This document shows, piece after piece, positions 1-8,891 of a DNA stretch of 64,000 nucleotides. Below the pieces are notes generated by a model, which worked only from the letters and a program-made list of their open reading frames with translations, searched no databases and was not told the DNA's origin. The stretch lies in the sequence record NC_019406.1. One strand, 5' to 3'. The position numbers and the translations under genes are program-made. Every line of letters starts with the position of its first letter. The first letter of the stretch is position 1.

Positions 1-45
1 CCCAGAGGCCGGTGGTTTCGGTGTCGAAGAACAGGATCGCCATGA

Positions 46-477
46 TTAACGACCACCCTTCGGCGGATCGGTGCGATTCATGCGATCGCGCAGGTAGGTG
101 ACAGCGGAGAGGTCAGCCACATCGATCTTGATGTTCGAGGTGACGCCGATGACCGGCTCCTCTTCGCTCTTGGCCTCTGCGCGGAACGGCGCGAGCGCAT
201 AGGCGAAGAATTCCGCCCAGGCGCGGATCGTGGCGTAGACCGCGTAGTCGATCAGGATGGCGACGCCATAGAAGATCAGCCAGAAGAGGCCGAGAACGAT
301 CGCGCTCTTGCGCAGGAAGGCGACGGTGTCGGCTGCGAACCAGTGCAGCCAAACATGACTGGTGTGGGCGCCGAAGTAGGCCAGAATGACGACGATCGCG
401 GTAATCGTCAGCATGTTGGCATACCCGTCAGCCTCGCGCTTGAGGCTCGTGATGAAGGGGGTCGGGTCGGGGGTCAT
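46..477 (-). CDS. hypothetical membrane protein
   Basis: 143-aa ORF with two hydrophobic segments; GGAG-rich SD and a TTGACA-N17-TTAACA promoter upstream. Confidence 0.7.
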   Translation of the reverse strand: MTPDPTPFITSLKREADGYANMLTITAIVVILAYFGAHTSHVWLHWFAADTVAFLRKSAIVLGLFWLIFYGVAILIDYAVYATIRAWAEFFAYALAPFRAEAKSEEEPVIGVTSNIKIDVADLSAVTYLRDRMNRTDPPKGGR

Positions 478-521
478 GTCGTTCTCGGAGGAGGCCCTTG
501 TTAACCATACTGGCGCCGGGG

Positions 522-538
522 TGTCAATAATCCTGGCC
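522..538. promoter_or_regulatory. 17-bp pseudo-palindromic operator overlapping a -35 box (one of about 11 copies)
   Basis: TGTCAATAATCCTGGCC; other copies at 3984, 7396, 7975, 8321, 13650, 21799, 23718, 27929, 51392, 56934. Confidence 0.55.
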
Positions 539-554
539 GCGAAATGTGACTCGT

Positions 555-2921
555 TTAGTGCGTGTCAGACCACCGATTACCGAACTGCACATCCACGTCG
601 ACGGGGCAGCGGAAACCGAACTGCATACCGGCGTCGTAGGCAGCCGTGGTGATGTTGCGCTTGCAGATTTCCATGATTTCTGGATCATCGCGGACCGCGA
701 CCTGGAGTTCGTCGTGAATCCACGCCAGGATGGCGAAGTGCCCATCCCATCCGTGGATCAGCCCGTCCTCCAAGCAGTAGTCGTAGAAGTTCACGCACCA
801 CTGCTTGGCGATGGTCGCGCCGGCGCCTTGCAGCAGCGTGTTCAATGCGGCGTGCTGGGCGCGGACGAACAACTTGCGACCGTCCAAGGCATCCAGCATG
901 CCAGACTTGGCCTCGCGCTGGATGTTCTTGACGACCTGACCCAGAGCGGGAATGCGCGTCATCAGGCGGCGGCGCATTTCGGCCCCGACGCGCTTGGCTT
1001 CCTGCGGCTTCATCGCCAGCGCCGGGTCGATGACGGTGCCCAGCTTGAAGTCCTGGGCGCCGTAGATCAGCGCGTAGATGAAGGTCTTGGCGGTGTCGCG
1101 GCTCTGGAGTTCCAGCGCGGCCGTGTGCAGGTCGTGGGGGTCGGAGTCAACAACCAGCTTGGCATAGACGCCGTTATCGAACTCGGCCATGAAGTGGCCG
1201 AGCGCACGCAGTTCAATGCCCTTTTGGTCGGCGCCCATGAGCTTCCAGCCCTTGGGGACATAGAAGAGCTTCCGGCAGTCGTAACCATGATCGCCGATGC
1301 GTCCGGTCAGCTTCTGCTTCTTGGTCTCGACCTTACCCTCGGCGTCCAGCACGAACTCGCCATGCTCGTCACGCTTGGGCGTGCCGAACAGTTGCTTGCC
1401 GTCAGGACCGCACAGCGGCGTCAGGTTCTCATCGTAGCCGATTTCCTCGCCGGCCTCGTTGAGGATCGGGATGCCGTAGATGATCTTGCCCAAGCGGAAG
1501 CGCGGCACGACGCCTTCTTCCACCCACTGCGCCAGCTTCTTGAAGACGACGCGCGGGACCTGCGCGATATTGGGATCGCTATGCGATGCACGATTCGTGA
1601 CTGTTCCGCCCACGTTGAAACGCGGGTGGATGCAGCCGTCATTACGCTCCATCGCCTTGCCGATCCAGCCGTTCTTGCCATCAACAAGCTGCCCAAGGCG
1701 CTTGTTCAGGTAGAACAGTTCGGCCAGTTCGTCGCAGATCGGGATCGTATGCGCCAGATCGCGCAGGACTTCGTCGTTAACCGCCGGCTGGCCGGTTTCC
1801 GTGAAGTCCTGAGGTTCCCACTGGTAGTTGAACTTCAAGCGGTCGATGATCTGCGGACGGCTGCCGGGGTTGAAGTCGGTGAGTTCCACCGGGCAGTACG
1901 GGCAACCTTCGGTGCGGTCGCCGCCCTTAGACCAGTCCTTGAACTTGACCGACTTCTTAGGGACCGTGATGTCGGCCCAGGCTTCACGCGAGTTGTCTTC
2001 GCCGTATTCGGTCTGCGGACGATAGGCAACCTTGGTCTTGAGCGGCTTGCCGTCGTCACCCAGGACAGGCTGGCCCGCCTCGTTGAGGACGGGCGTCGTG
2101 TACTCCTTGCCGATGACCTTTCGCTTGGACGGAATCCACCACTTGCCGAAGTGGGCGACAGCCTTGGCTTCCTTGACCTCGACTTCGGCGCGCAGTTCGG
2201 CTTCCAGTTCGCGGGCGGCATCGATGTCGAACGGGAAGCCGTTGTCGGTGACCTCGGCCATCAGCGCGTGGATGCGGTGCTCCAGCGTGATCGCGTCGTC
2301 CGAGTGGCGGCGCGGGTTGGCGACCATCAGGTGCCAGAGGGCTTCGTTGACGTTCAAGTCCTGAACGCAGTAGTCCTCCATCTCCTGGTTCCATTCGGAC
2401 CAGACGAGGCGGGTGACTTCGTCCTTGGCGAGGCCGGGATAGTTGGCCTTGATCTCCTCAGCCTTGGCCTTGGAGTAGTCGCCCTTGTGCAGGCCCAGAC
2501 GCTGACCCCAGGCTTCCAGGCCGTGACGACCGATCTGACCGCCGTCCAGTTCGCCACGCTTCCAGCGGCGGAAGTCCCGCTCCTTCTCGTCGGCGAAGAA
2601 GACGCGACTCAACACCATCGTGTCGCGGATCAGGGCGTTGACCTGGAACTCCGGATAGAAGAGTTCCAGCGCCGGGATATCGAACTCGACGATGTTGTGG
2701 CCGACGAGAACCTCGGCCTCGTTCAGCATCTGGATGCCGCGCGGGATGGTGTTCGTGCGCTTGTTCTGGCGGAAGACGTAGGTCTGCCGCGTGTCCAGGT
2801 CGCGGATCGCGAGGATATGGACACGCGACTTGACGGGATCGTCGCGATTGGCGCGCAGGTAGTCAAGAAGGCCCGTCGTTTCGATATCGAACAGGTAGCG
2901 CTTGCCGGCAGGGATGTACAT
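555..2921 (-). CDS. polA: family A (T7-like) DNA polymerase with 3'-5' exonuclease
   Basis: ExoI FDIETTGL, motif A GADQKGIELR, motif B RDTAKTFIYALIYGA, motif C HDELQV. Confidence 0.97.
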   Translation of the reverse strand: MYIPAGKRYLFDIETTGLLDYLRANRDDPVKSRVHILAIRDLDTRQTYVFRQNKRTNTIPRGIQMLNEAEVLVGHNIVEFDIPALELFYPEFQVNALIRDTMVLSRVFFADEKERDFRRWKRGELDGGQIGRHGLEAWGQRLGLHKGDYSKAKAEEIKANYPGLAKDEVTRLVWSEWNQEMEDYCVQDLNVNEALWHLMVANPRRHSDDAITLEHRIHALMAEVTDNGFPFDIDAARELEAELRAEVEVKEAKAVAHFGKWWIPSKRKVIGKEYTTPVLNEAGQPVLGDDGKPLKTKVAYRPQTEYGEDNSREAWADITVPKKSVKFKDWSKGGDRTEGCPYCPVELTDFNPGSRPQIIDRLKFNYQWEPQDFTETGQPAVNDEVLRDLAHTIPICDELAELFYLNKRLGQLVDGKNGWIGKAMERNDGCIHPRFNVGGTVTNRASHSDPNIAQVPRVVFKKLAQWVEEGVVPRFRLGKIIYGIPILNEAGEEIGYDENLTPLCGPDGKQLFGTPKRDEHGEFVLDAEGKVETKKQKLTGRIGDHGYDCRKLFYVPKGWKLMGADQKGIELRALGHFMAEFDNGVYAKLVVDSDPHDLHTAALELQSRDTAKTFIYALIYGAQDFKLGTVIDPALAMKPQEAKRVGAEMRRRLMTRIPALGQVVKNIQREAKSGMLDALDGRKLFVRAQHAALNTLLQGAGATIAKQWCVNFYDYCLEDGLIHGWDGHFAILAWIHDELQVAVRDDPEIMEICKRNITTAAYDAGMQFGFRCPVDVDVQFGNRWSDTH

Positions 2922-3961
2922 TAGGCGCGAGCCTCATGAAGGGCGCGGGCCACGCGTTCGCCGATGAAGCGCACGACGGGAACCGCCAGCGAGTTGCCAA
3001 TGGCGTAAAGGCGTTGGTCGCGGGTGGCGCCGGGGATGTCGGTGTAGCCGGGCGGCATGCCCATCAACACCTCGCACTCCTCCGGCATGATCACGCGGAT
3101 GTCGTAGCGGTCGGCGCCGCGATCCTTGCAGAGCACGTAGGCCTTGGACGATCCGCCTCCGGTGGTGCGCAGGCAGTTCGAGAGGGTGTCGCCTTGTTCG
3201 ATCTGCTGGCCGCTGAAGCCCTTGATCAGTCGACCACGGATGGCGATACGGTAAGCCGGGGCTTCAGTCCCTCCGTCAGTTCCGGGGAGAGATTCCGACC
3301 AGCGCTCCGCGCGTTCGCCAGCAGCGTCGCCTTCCGCTCGTTGCTCAAATAGGATGTCTCGGGGATCGATTCCGCCACGAGGGCACGCTGCAACGAAGAG
3401 GCGCGGCCGAGATTGGGCGAGGCCGAAATGTTGAGCGTCCAGGAGTCGCCATGCAACGGACCGCTTCGGCCCAAGCACGTAACCAGCGTTCGACCACCGA
3501 GACCCTGGCGGTCCTGGCGGGACGAGGGCGTCACCAAATTCTCCGCAGAGTTGAGCGAGGAATTGTCCGAAGGCGTTGTCGTCATCAGAGAGGAGGCCCT
3601 TGACGTTTTCGAAGATGAAGACCGGCGGGTCGATCTCATCGACGATGCGCAGGCCGGCGAGGGTGAGGATGCCGCGCGAACCGTTCAGGCCCTTCTTCTT
3701 GCCGGCGTCACTGAAGTCCTGGCAGGGAAACGAAGCCCAGAGCGCGTCGATTTTTCCGCGATAGGGGTAGCCGTCGATTTGCAGGATATCGCCCAGGTTC
3801 GGAACCGTGGGGTGACGCTCCTTGAGGAAGCGCGTAGGGAACGCGGCATTATCGGCTACGAAGCGCGGTTCATCCTCGAACCCAAGGCCCTTGAAGGCTA
3901 GGGAGGGGATTTCCACGCCCGAGCAGAGCGTACCGAGTGTGAGGAGAGGGAAGGTGGTCAT
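2921..3961 (-). CDS. dcm: DNA (cytosine-5)-methyltransferase
   Basis: motif IV SFPCQDFS, motif VI FENVKG, motif VIII QSRPRLF, motif X IGNSLAVPV. Confidence 0.95.
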   Translation of the reverse strand: MTTFPLLTLGTLCSGVEIPSLAFKGLGFEDEPRFVADNAAFPTRFLKERHPTVPNLGDILQIDGYPYRGKIDALWASFPCQDFSDAGKKKGLNGSRGILTLAGLRIVDEIDPPVFIFENVKGLLSDDDNAFGQFLAQLCGEFGDALVPPGPPGSRWSNAGYVLGPKRSVAWRLLDAQHFGLAQSRPRLFVAACPRGGIDPRDILFEQRAEGDAAGERAERWSESLPGTDGGTEAPAYRIAIRGRLIKGFSGQQIEQGDTLSNCLRTTGGGSSKAYVLCKDRGADRYDIRVIMPEECEVLMGMPPGYTDIPGATRDQRLYAIGNSLAVPVVRFIGERVARALHEARA

Positions 3962-3971
3962 CGGGGCCGGT

Positions 3972-4001
3972 ATGGTTAACGGGTGCCAGGATTCCTGTCA
4001 A
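3972..4001 (-). promoter_or_regulatory. promoter for the dcm-polA operon with operator and CtrA-type half-site
   Basis: minus strand TTGACA-N16-TTAACCAT; TGCCAGGATTCCTGTCA at 3984-4000. Confidence 0.65.
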
Positions 4002-4020
4002 GTCGGTGACAGGCAGGCCG

Positions 4021-4800
4021 TCACTGAATCTTGCCGGGCCACACCTTGTCCGCGTAGTGAAGCAACTTCTCGACGAACGACTGCTTGGCCGATCCGGAGA
4101 CGAAGAACGTCATCCCCGTCGGCCAGCCCGAGGGCAGCCCCAGGAACTGGAGCGGTGCATCCATCATCGTGAAGTGGTGGGCGACGAAGGAAGCGATCTC
4201 GTTCCACGCCAGCGCATAGGTATGCTCACCGAACCGGCGCTGGTTGTTCTCGTCGTAGAAGCCGAGGCCCAGGCGAATCTTGTTCAGGCCCGCATCGAAG
4301 GCCATCCAAACGAAGCGGCCGTCGGTGAGGTTCGCGTCTTCGACTTCCCAATCCAGAGGATGCGGAAAGACCGCGAGCTTGACGTCGCGGAGCGCGGCGG
4401 CGAACTTCCGACGGAAGCCTTCCTGATCCAGGCGCGTGGTATCTTGAGCGACGAGGTACTGACCCACGTACAGCGGGATGTACTGATGAGTCAGCAATTG
4501 CTCGTGGAAGTTGACGTCCATCGTCGAGGAGAACGGATGGATGCGCGGACGCTTCTCGTCCACGAGTTCGAACCCGCCTCCGTTTTCGAGCCATTCGGCC
4601 AGCGGCTCGATATGGAACTCGTGGACGTTAGGGCCGGCGATGTGGGCGCGCTGAAGGCCGGTCTTGGTTTCGTTGCCGAAGCCGATCTGGATGTGATTGG
4701 CCTCGGTGAAGTGGAGAGCGTAGATGAAGGAGATGGAGACGCGAGCCGATTGGATCAGCACGCGCTCGTAGCCGTCGAGGATATCGCTCACAGGCGCCAC
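4021..4800 (-). CDS. hypothetical protein
   Basis: 259-aa ORF packed in the operon, overlapping the upstream stop; phage-like codon usage. Confidence 0.7.
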   Translation of the reverse strand: MAPVSDILDGYERVLIQSARVSISFIYALHFTEANHIQIGFGNETKTGLQRAHIAGPNVHEFHIEPLAEWLENGGGFELVDEKRPRIHPFSSTMDVNFHEQLLTHQYIPLYVGQYLVAQDTTRLDQEGFRRKFAAALRDVKLAVFPHPLDWEVEDANLTDGRFVWMAFDAGLNKIRLGLGFYDENNQRRFGEHTYALAWNEIASFVAHHFTMMDAPLQFLGLPSGWPTGMTFFVSGSAKQSFVEKLLHYADKVWPGKIQ

Positions 4801-6620
4801 TTTCCGTTGTTCATGGTGAGGATCGCACGCTTCCCGTTCTGATAGGTAATGACATGCGATTGCGACCAGGACGACAGGCCCTTGTTGTAGCCCATGTCCA
4901 GCTTAGACGAGGTGCCCGAGGTATAGATGCCGTCGTGGATTTCGCACGAGTGGGTATGTCCAGTCGTCGCCTTCGGCCCCATCTTGGTGAAGGCTCGCGG
5001 ATTGCCACGGGCGCCGTTAGCGCCCAGGTGTCCGTGCATGCCCTTCTCGATGTCCAGGACCCGGAACGACTGATCTTCGCGAAGGAACTCGACGCCGGCG
5101 CAAGGCGTCTTTTCGAAGAACGTCGTCAGGACGTGGTTGAAGATCGAGAACTTCTTGGCCTTCTCGGCGATCTCGGGATCGCTGCTCTTCTTGTCGCGGA
5201 TCGCCTTGTAGGAGGCCAGTTGGCATTCCAGGAAAAAGATCGCGTTGGGAGGGTCTTGACGGTAGTCGGCTTCCTTGAGCCAGCGCTTCAGCGCCAGATC
5301 GTGGTTCGACTCGACGATCACCGTCTGGCAGAAGTCACGCTTCGTGTTGTCGATGAAGTAGGCGACCTCACGCAGTTCTTCTTCCACCAAGTCCACACCT
5401 TCGATGAACAACTCGAACATGTGGTGGGCGTCGCGGATGTTGTGGTGGTTGCGCGACTGGAAGTCGGCGACGTCGTGGAAGAACTGGTACTTAGGGCGCA
5501 GCACGTCAATCAGAGGCGTCTCCGCCAAACGTGACTCTCGCATGTCGATCCAGACGCGCGAGCCGTTCAGACCGACTTGCTCGGTCGGCGCGATACCGAA
5601 GCAGGTCTCGCTGACAACCGGGTCGATCTGTGCGACGTGCAGGTCGCCCCAATTCACCGCTTCGATGCGGTGACCGTGAGTGACCTCCGCGACGTTCTTG
5701 TACTCCAGGTAGTCGTCCGGGAACGACATACGCTCGTAGCTGCCGTCCGCGAAGGCTTCCCAATACCGGCTAGTCGCTTCGCGCTTCTCGGCGCGGCGCT
5801 CTTCGCGCTCTTCCTCGGTCAGCGGCGCCTTGTGCATCTCAACACGGGTGTCGAGGTCGTAGAAGGAGCCGTCGGCTTCGCCCAGGAGGTGACGACAGAA
5901 GAACGTACCGTCTGCCGCGATCTCGACCAGCACCGCGCCCAGGGCGTGGTGGAACGAAGCTTCGATGCCGGCGCGCATCGGAATGTAGTTAGGCTTGGTG
6001 ACCGCGCCGGTGGTCATGATGATCTTCGCCGGCTCGTGCTTCATGGTCGGCACGGACTTCAACTGCACCTTGGCGTGGGGAATGATGCCCCAGCGGTGGC
6101 GCGTGTAGGTCTCGAAGCCTTGAAGCGGCGACTTCGCGGTCGGACGCGTGTTCATCTCGCCGCAGAAGTCGATGCCGTCGCCCAGGCGGATGCGCTCCTG
6201 GACACGGTACTGGTTGATCCAGGGATGCCAGTACGGCACCTTCTTGGGATCGTTGTTACCGAAGAGGCGCTTGCTGTAGGTGAAGCCGGCGACGATCAGT
6301 TCGCAGGGGCCGAGCGCCTGAAGGCTGTCGCGGTAGGCTTCCAGCGCCGCCAGGAACTCGTAGTGGAGTTCGGTGCTCTCCTGGGCCGACGTCAGGATGA
6401 AGCGCGCCACCGGTTCGCTGATTTGGCGGACCGTGGTCGACGGCGCTGGGCGATGGGTGAAGCCGCCCTCGGCCGCCTTCGCCAGACGCAGTTGAAGGGT
6501 AGAGCGCGGCACGCCATACTTGCGAGAGAAGGCGCGCTGCCCGCCGATCTTGTTGACCAGTTCGGCCAGCTTGTCGGGGGTGACCGAATCAAGGTCGAAG
6601 GTCGGGGACTTAGCCGGCAT
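4788..6620 (-). CDS. N-terminal HTH plus calcineurin-like metallophosphoesterase protein
   Basis: HTH-like FSRKYGVPRSTLQLRL; phosphoesterase motifs WGDLH, ESNHD, HGH, GHTHS. Confidence 0.8.
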   Translation of the reverse strand: MPAKSPTFDLDSVTPDKLAELVNKIGGQRAFSRKYGVPRSTLQLRLAKAAEGGFTHRPAPSTTVRQISEPVARFILTSAQESTELHYEFLAALEAYRDSLQALGPCELIVAGFTYSKRLFGNNDPKKVPYWHPWINQYRVQERIRLGDGIDFCGEMNTRPTAKSPLQGFETYTRHRWGIIPHAKVQLKSVPTMKHEPAKIIMTTGAVTKPNYIPMRAGIEASFHHALGAVLVEIAADGTFFCRHLLGEADGSFYDLDTRVEMHKAPLTEEEREERRAEKREATSRYWEAFADGSYERMSFPDDYLEYKNVAEVTHGHRIEAVNWGDLHVAQIDPVVSETCFGIAPTEQVGLNGSRVWIDMRESRLAETPLIDVLRPKYQFFHDVADFQSRNHHNIRDAHHMFELFIEGVDLVEEELREVAYFIDNTKRDFCQTVIVESNHDLALKRWLKEADYRQDPPNAIFFLECQLASYKAIRDKKSSDPEIAEKAKKFSIFNHVLTTFFEKTPCAGVEFLREDQSFRVLDIEKGMHGHLGANGARGNPRAFTKMGPKATTGHTHSCEIHDGIYTSGTSSKLDMGYNKGLSSWSQSHVITYQNGKRAILTMNNGKWRL

Positions 6621-7365
6621 AGAACATCTCAGCCTTGGCGTGGGGAAGCGTCTGAGCCTTCTGCCAGTCCCACACGTAGAACGCGTAGGAGAAGCGCGGG
6701 CTCGCGGACTTTTCGCCTTCCTTCTTCTCGACCCAGACCGGGCGGAAGCGCAGGGTGATCTTGGCGGCGAAGGCGGGGTGGTCGATCAGGTCGGCGCGCC
6801 CCTTGGCGGCGTCCCATTCGTGGCGCATCAGGAAGGCGACGTAGCCGTGCTGCGCTTCCATCAGTTCGAGGGCCTTGCGGACCGCGCGATCGGTATCCTT
6901 GCCGTAGGGCGGGTTGGAGATGATGCAGTCAGGCGTGAAGCCTAGCATCTCGGTGATCTCCGAGAACGGGCGCGGGCGGACCGGTGCAGGCTCGGCACCC
7001 AGCCAGACGCCGTCGTCGCCAGTGTTCTTGTCGATCAGACGCTCCCACGCAGCCAAGGCGCTGTCGAACGCCTCGCCATCCGGGTAGATGCTGAAAAAGT
7101 CGACCAGCCCATGGAGGTCCAGACCATCGTATTGGACGATGTCCGTGGCGCCGGCGGAACGGCAGTAATTCTTGATGATGTGGTAGATGGCACCGTTACC
7201 TGCGAACGGTTCCCAGAATTGCATCGCCTCCAGATCGTCCTCGACGACCGAGACGTACGCATTCGTCGCTCGGGCCGGGGTGGGATAATGATCAAGGGGA
7301 GCACGCGCGTAGTTCGTGCCGCCCAGCATGGAAGGGTCCTTACGACCCGTGTCGGTGATAGCCAT
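6610..7365 (-). CDS. DNA N6-adenine (or N4-cytosine) methyltransferase
   Basis: WEPFAGNG SAM-binding motif and IISNPPYG catalytic motif; start placed at ATG 7365. Confidence 0.85.
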   Translation of the reverse strand: MAITDTGRKDPSMLGGTNYARAPLDHYPTPARATNAYVSVVEDDLEAMQFWEPFAGNGAIYHIIKNYCRSAGATDIVQYDGLDLHGLVDFFSIYPDGEAFDSALAAWERLIDKNTGDDGVWLGAEPAPVRPRPFSEITEMLGFTPDCIISNPPYGKDTDRAVRKALELMEAQHGYVAFLMRHEWDAAKGRADLIDHPAFAAKITLRFRPVWVEKKEGEKSASPRFSYAFYVWDWQKAQTLPHAKAEMFYAG

Positions 7366-7460
7366 GCCGGGATAACTGGCATGGTTAACCGAAAGCGTCA
7401 AGAATCCTGGCATTTCTCTCCAGGCTTGACCGTTACGGCCCTTACGGATAGGGAATAATC

Positions 7461-7735
7461 AACCGAGGCGGGTCCACCACACCAACCGCGCGCCTCACGC
7501 TCTGCGCGCGAATTTGACCGTAACTCGAAGTGGCCGGACGCCTCAGGTGGAGGAGGCTAAGGCAATGGGCGAAGGACGGGTGCGGCGAGCGTATAATTGA
7601 GGCCGGCTGAAGTTAGCTGGGAATGTAGGTGTCCTGCCACCGTTCCCACGATGCGCGGAATCGACAGGTCCGTGTGACGCGAACGCCGGCCGAGAATAGA
7701 CGACAAGGCGTGACGCCCGGAGAGAGTGCCGGACT
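7461..7735 (+). ncRNA. putative structured ncRNA unit 1, ending in the conserved module at 7675-7732
   Basis: no credible ORF; TTGACC at 7426 with a -10-like TAGGGA 17 nt later; multiple hairpins; 3' module shared with units 2 and 3. Confidence 0.5.
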
Positions 7736-8209
7736 TCTTGACACGAAGAACTAGATCGTAGACACCTTGGGCCGACTAGGGGACCTGGGGTGGTGCGAAT
7801 GGGCTTCCACCTACAGTCATCTGGCAGCCTCTGGGACCCCAGGCTGTCAGGCTCAACGGTGATGAGATGCCAACGGCTGGCTGGAATGCCGATATCACCT
7901 GACGCGAACGCCGGCCGAGACGATACGACCAGGGCGTGACGGGGGCCAGAGGCCTCAATCCATTACTTGACCGGCGCCGGGAGTTCTGGCATCCAGGCTG
8001 TGATGTCTCAGGAGCCTCCGTTCCTGAGGGACCTATTCAGGCGATCGTGACCGTCTCAAGGGTGCTGTCCTGCGAGAAGATCGTGAGCCCGCGTATGAGA
8101 CGTCATTTACGCGCGGGACACCCATGGTGGAAGGGAGCCGCTATGTGGCCCACCTGACGCGAACGCCGGCCGAAAAGTACGATCAGGCGTGACGGGGGCC
8201 AGAGGCCCT
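7675..8209 (+). repeat. three near-identical copies of TGACGCGAACGCCGGCCGA(G/A)A...GGCGTGACG
   Basis: copies start at 7675, 7900 and 8155; the intervening sequences are unrelated and about 170-200 nt long. Confidence 0.95.
7768..7960 (+). ncRNA. putative structured ncRNA unit 2, module at 7900-7956
   Basis: TTGACA at 7738 upstream; hairpins GGCAGCCT/AGGCTGTC and GGTGAT/ATCACC; conserved 3' module. Confidence 0.5.
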
Positions 8210-8210
8210 A
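7997..8210 (+). ncRNA. putative structured ncRNA unit 3, module at 8155-8209
   Basis: TTGACC at 7967 upstream; hairpins CTCAGGAG/TTCCTGAG and GGTGG/CCACC; conserved 3' module immediately before tRNA-Cys. Confidence 0.5.
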
Positions 8211-8215
8211 CACCT

Positions 8216-8302
8216 GCTACGGTGGACTGAGTGGTAAGGCGTGGGACTGCAAATCCCGCTGGCGAAAGCCTATCGTGGGTTCGATTCCCACTCGTAGCTC
8301 CA
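8216..8302 (+). tRNA. tRNA-Cys(GCA) with a long variable arm
   Basis: acceptor GCTACGG/TCGTAGC, anticodon loop CTGCAAA, T-arm GTGGG-TTCGATT-CCCAC, U73, encoded CCA; extra arm GGC-GAAA-GCC; 87 nt. Confidence 0.9.
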
Positions 8303-8320
8303 AAATTCCTGACATTTTTC

Positions 8321-8360
8321 TGCCAGCCTGCTTGACAAGCCGAAAAGCGTCCGGTACACA
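8321..8360 (+). promoter_or_regulatory. sigma70-type promoter for tmRNA
   Basis: TTGACA 8332-8337, 17-nt spacer, TACACA 8355-8360. Confidence 0.65.
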
Positions 8361-8366
8361 CCTCTC

Positions 8367-8712
8367 ATCGTCGTAATACGGCATACACGATTGGCGGCAA
8401 GACAGGGGTGCGATTCCCCTCGCCTCCACCAAGACCCCACCGGCCGGTGCTTCGGCGCCGCGATCTGCCCCAGCGACAGATCGAAATCTGAACGGTGCGG
8501 TGGGGTCCTGATGGGGGCGATCAGTTTCGATTGGCGCTGTGACTGGAAGACGCGACGTAGGGTGACCTCCTGGCTTAGGCTTCGGCCGAGGTAATTGGGT
8601 CAACGCTGACAAATGTCAACGACAACGACGCTCCCGTGATGGAGCAACTGCTGGCGGCCTAACGGCCTAAAGCGGCGCCCGGCGGGGGCGTGTCAACAGA
8701 ACCCCGCCACCC
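8367..8712 (+). ncRNA. ssrA: circularly permuted (two-piece) tmRNA
   Basis: acceptor piece ends GAC-AGGGG-TGCGATT-CCCCT-CGCCTCC-A-CCA (8431); hairpin intervening segment 8432-8512; coding piece starts GGGGGCG at 8513 and gives a G3:U70 Ala acceptor stem; tag ORF 8615-8662 VNDNDAPVMEQLLAA*; CAACAGAA near the 3' end. Confidence 0.92.
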
Positions 8713-8891
8713 TGCTTCCGCAGCCGGAGGCGACGACAACTAACGGCATGATCTGTCGGCAACCGATCAACCAGTTTTCGTCTCCGGCTTCGCAAGTAGG
8801 TTTGGGGAGTAGTCCTCCGAGGGATCGGAGTATAACGCTCTCCGGGGAGGCGCCTGGGACCATCCAGCCCAGACCGTCTCCCGAATTTTAT

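Noticed and set aside
555-2921. Intein or intron in the DNA polymerase
   Set aside because: The ORF is continuous. The extra length relative to T7 Pol is spread over short insertions with no intein C/S...HN or LAGLIDADG motifs.
546-2924. 792-aa plus-strand ORF, and similar long antisense ORFs (19598..22081+, 23771..27268-, 36372..38093+, 43840..45633+, 60773..62842-)
   Set aside because: Shadow frames opposite well-supported genes. They are expected from high-GC codon bias, have no motifs and show the typical V/D/L/G/R-rich antisense composition.
7899-7956. Module read as a hammerhead ribozyme (CUGACGCGA...GAC)
   Set aside because: It lacks the CUGANGA and GAAA core and the UH cleavage-site geometry. 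Self-cleavage by another fold is not excluded.
7675-8209. Triple repeat read as a CRISPR array
   Set aside because: The repeats are ~57 nt and internally variable, the spacers are about 170-200 nt and structured, and no cas genes are present.
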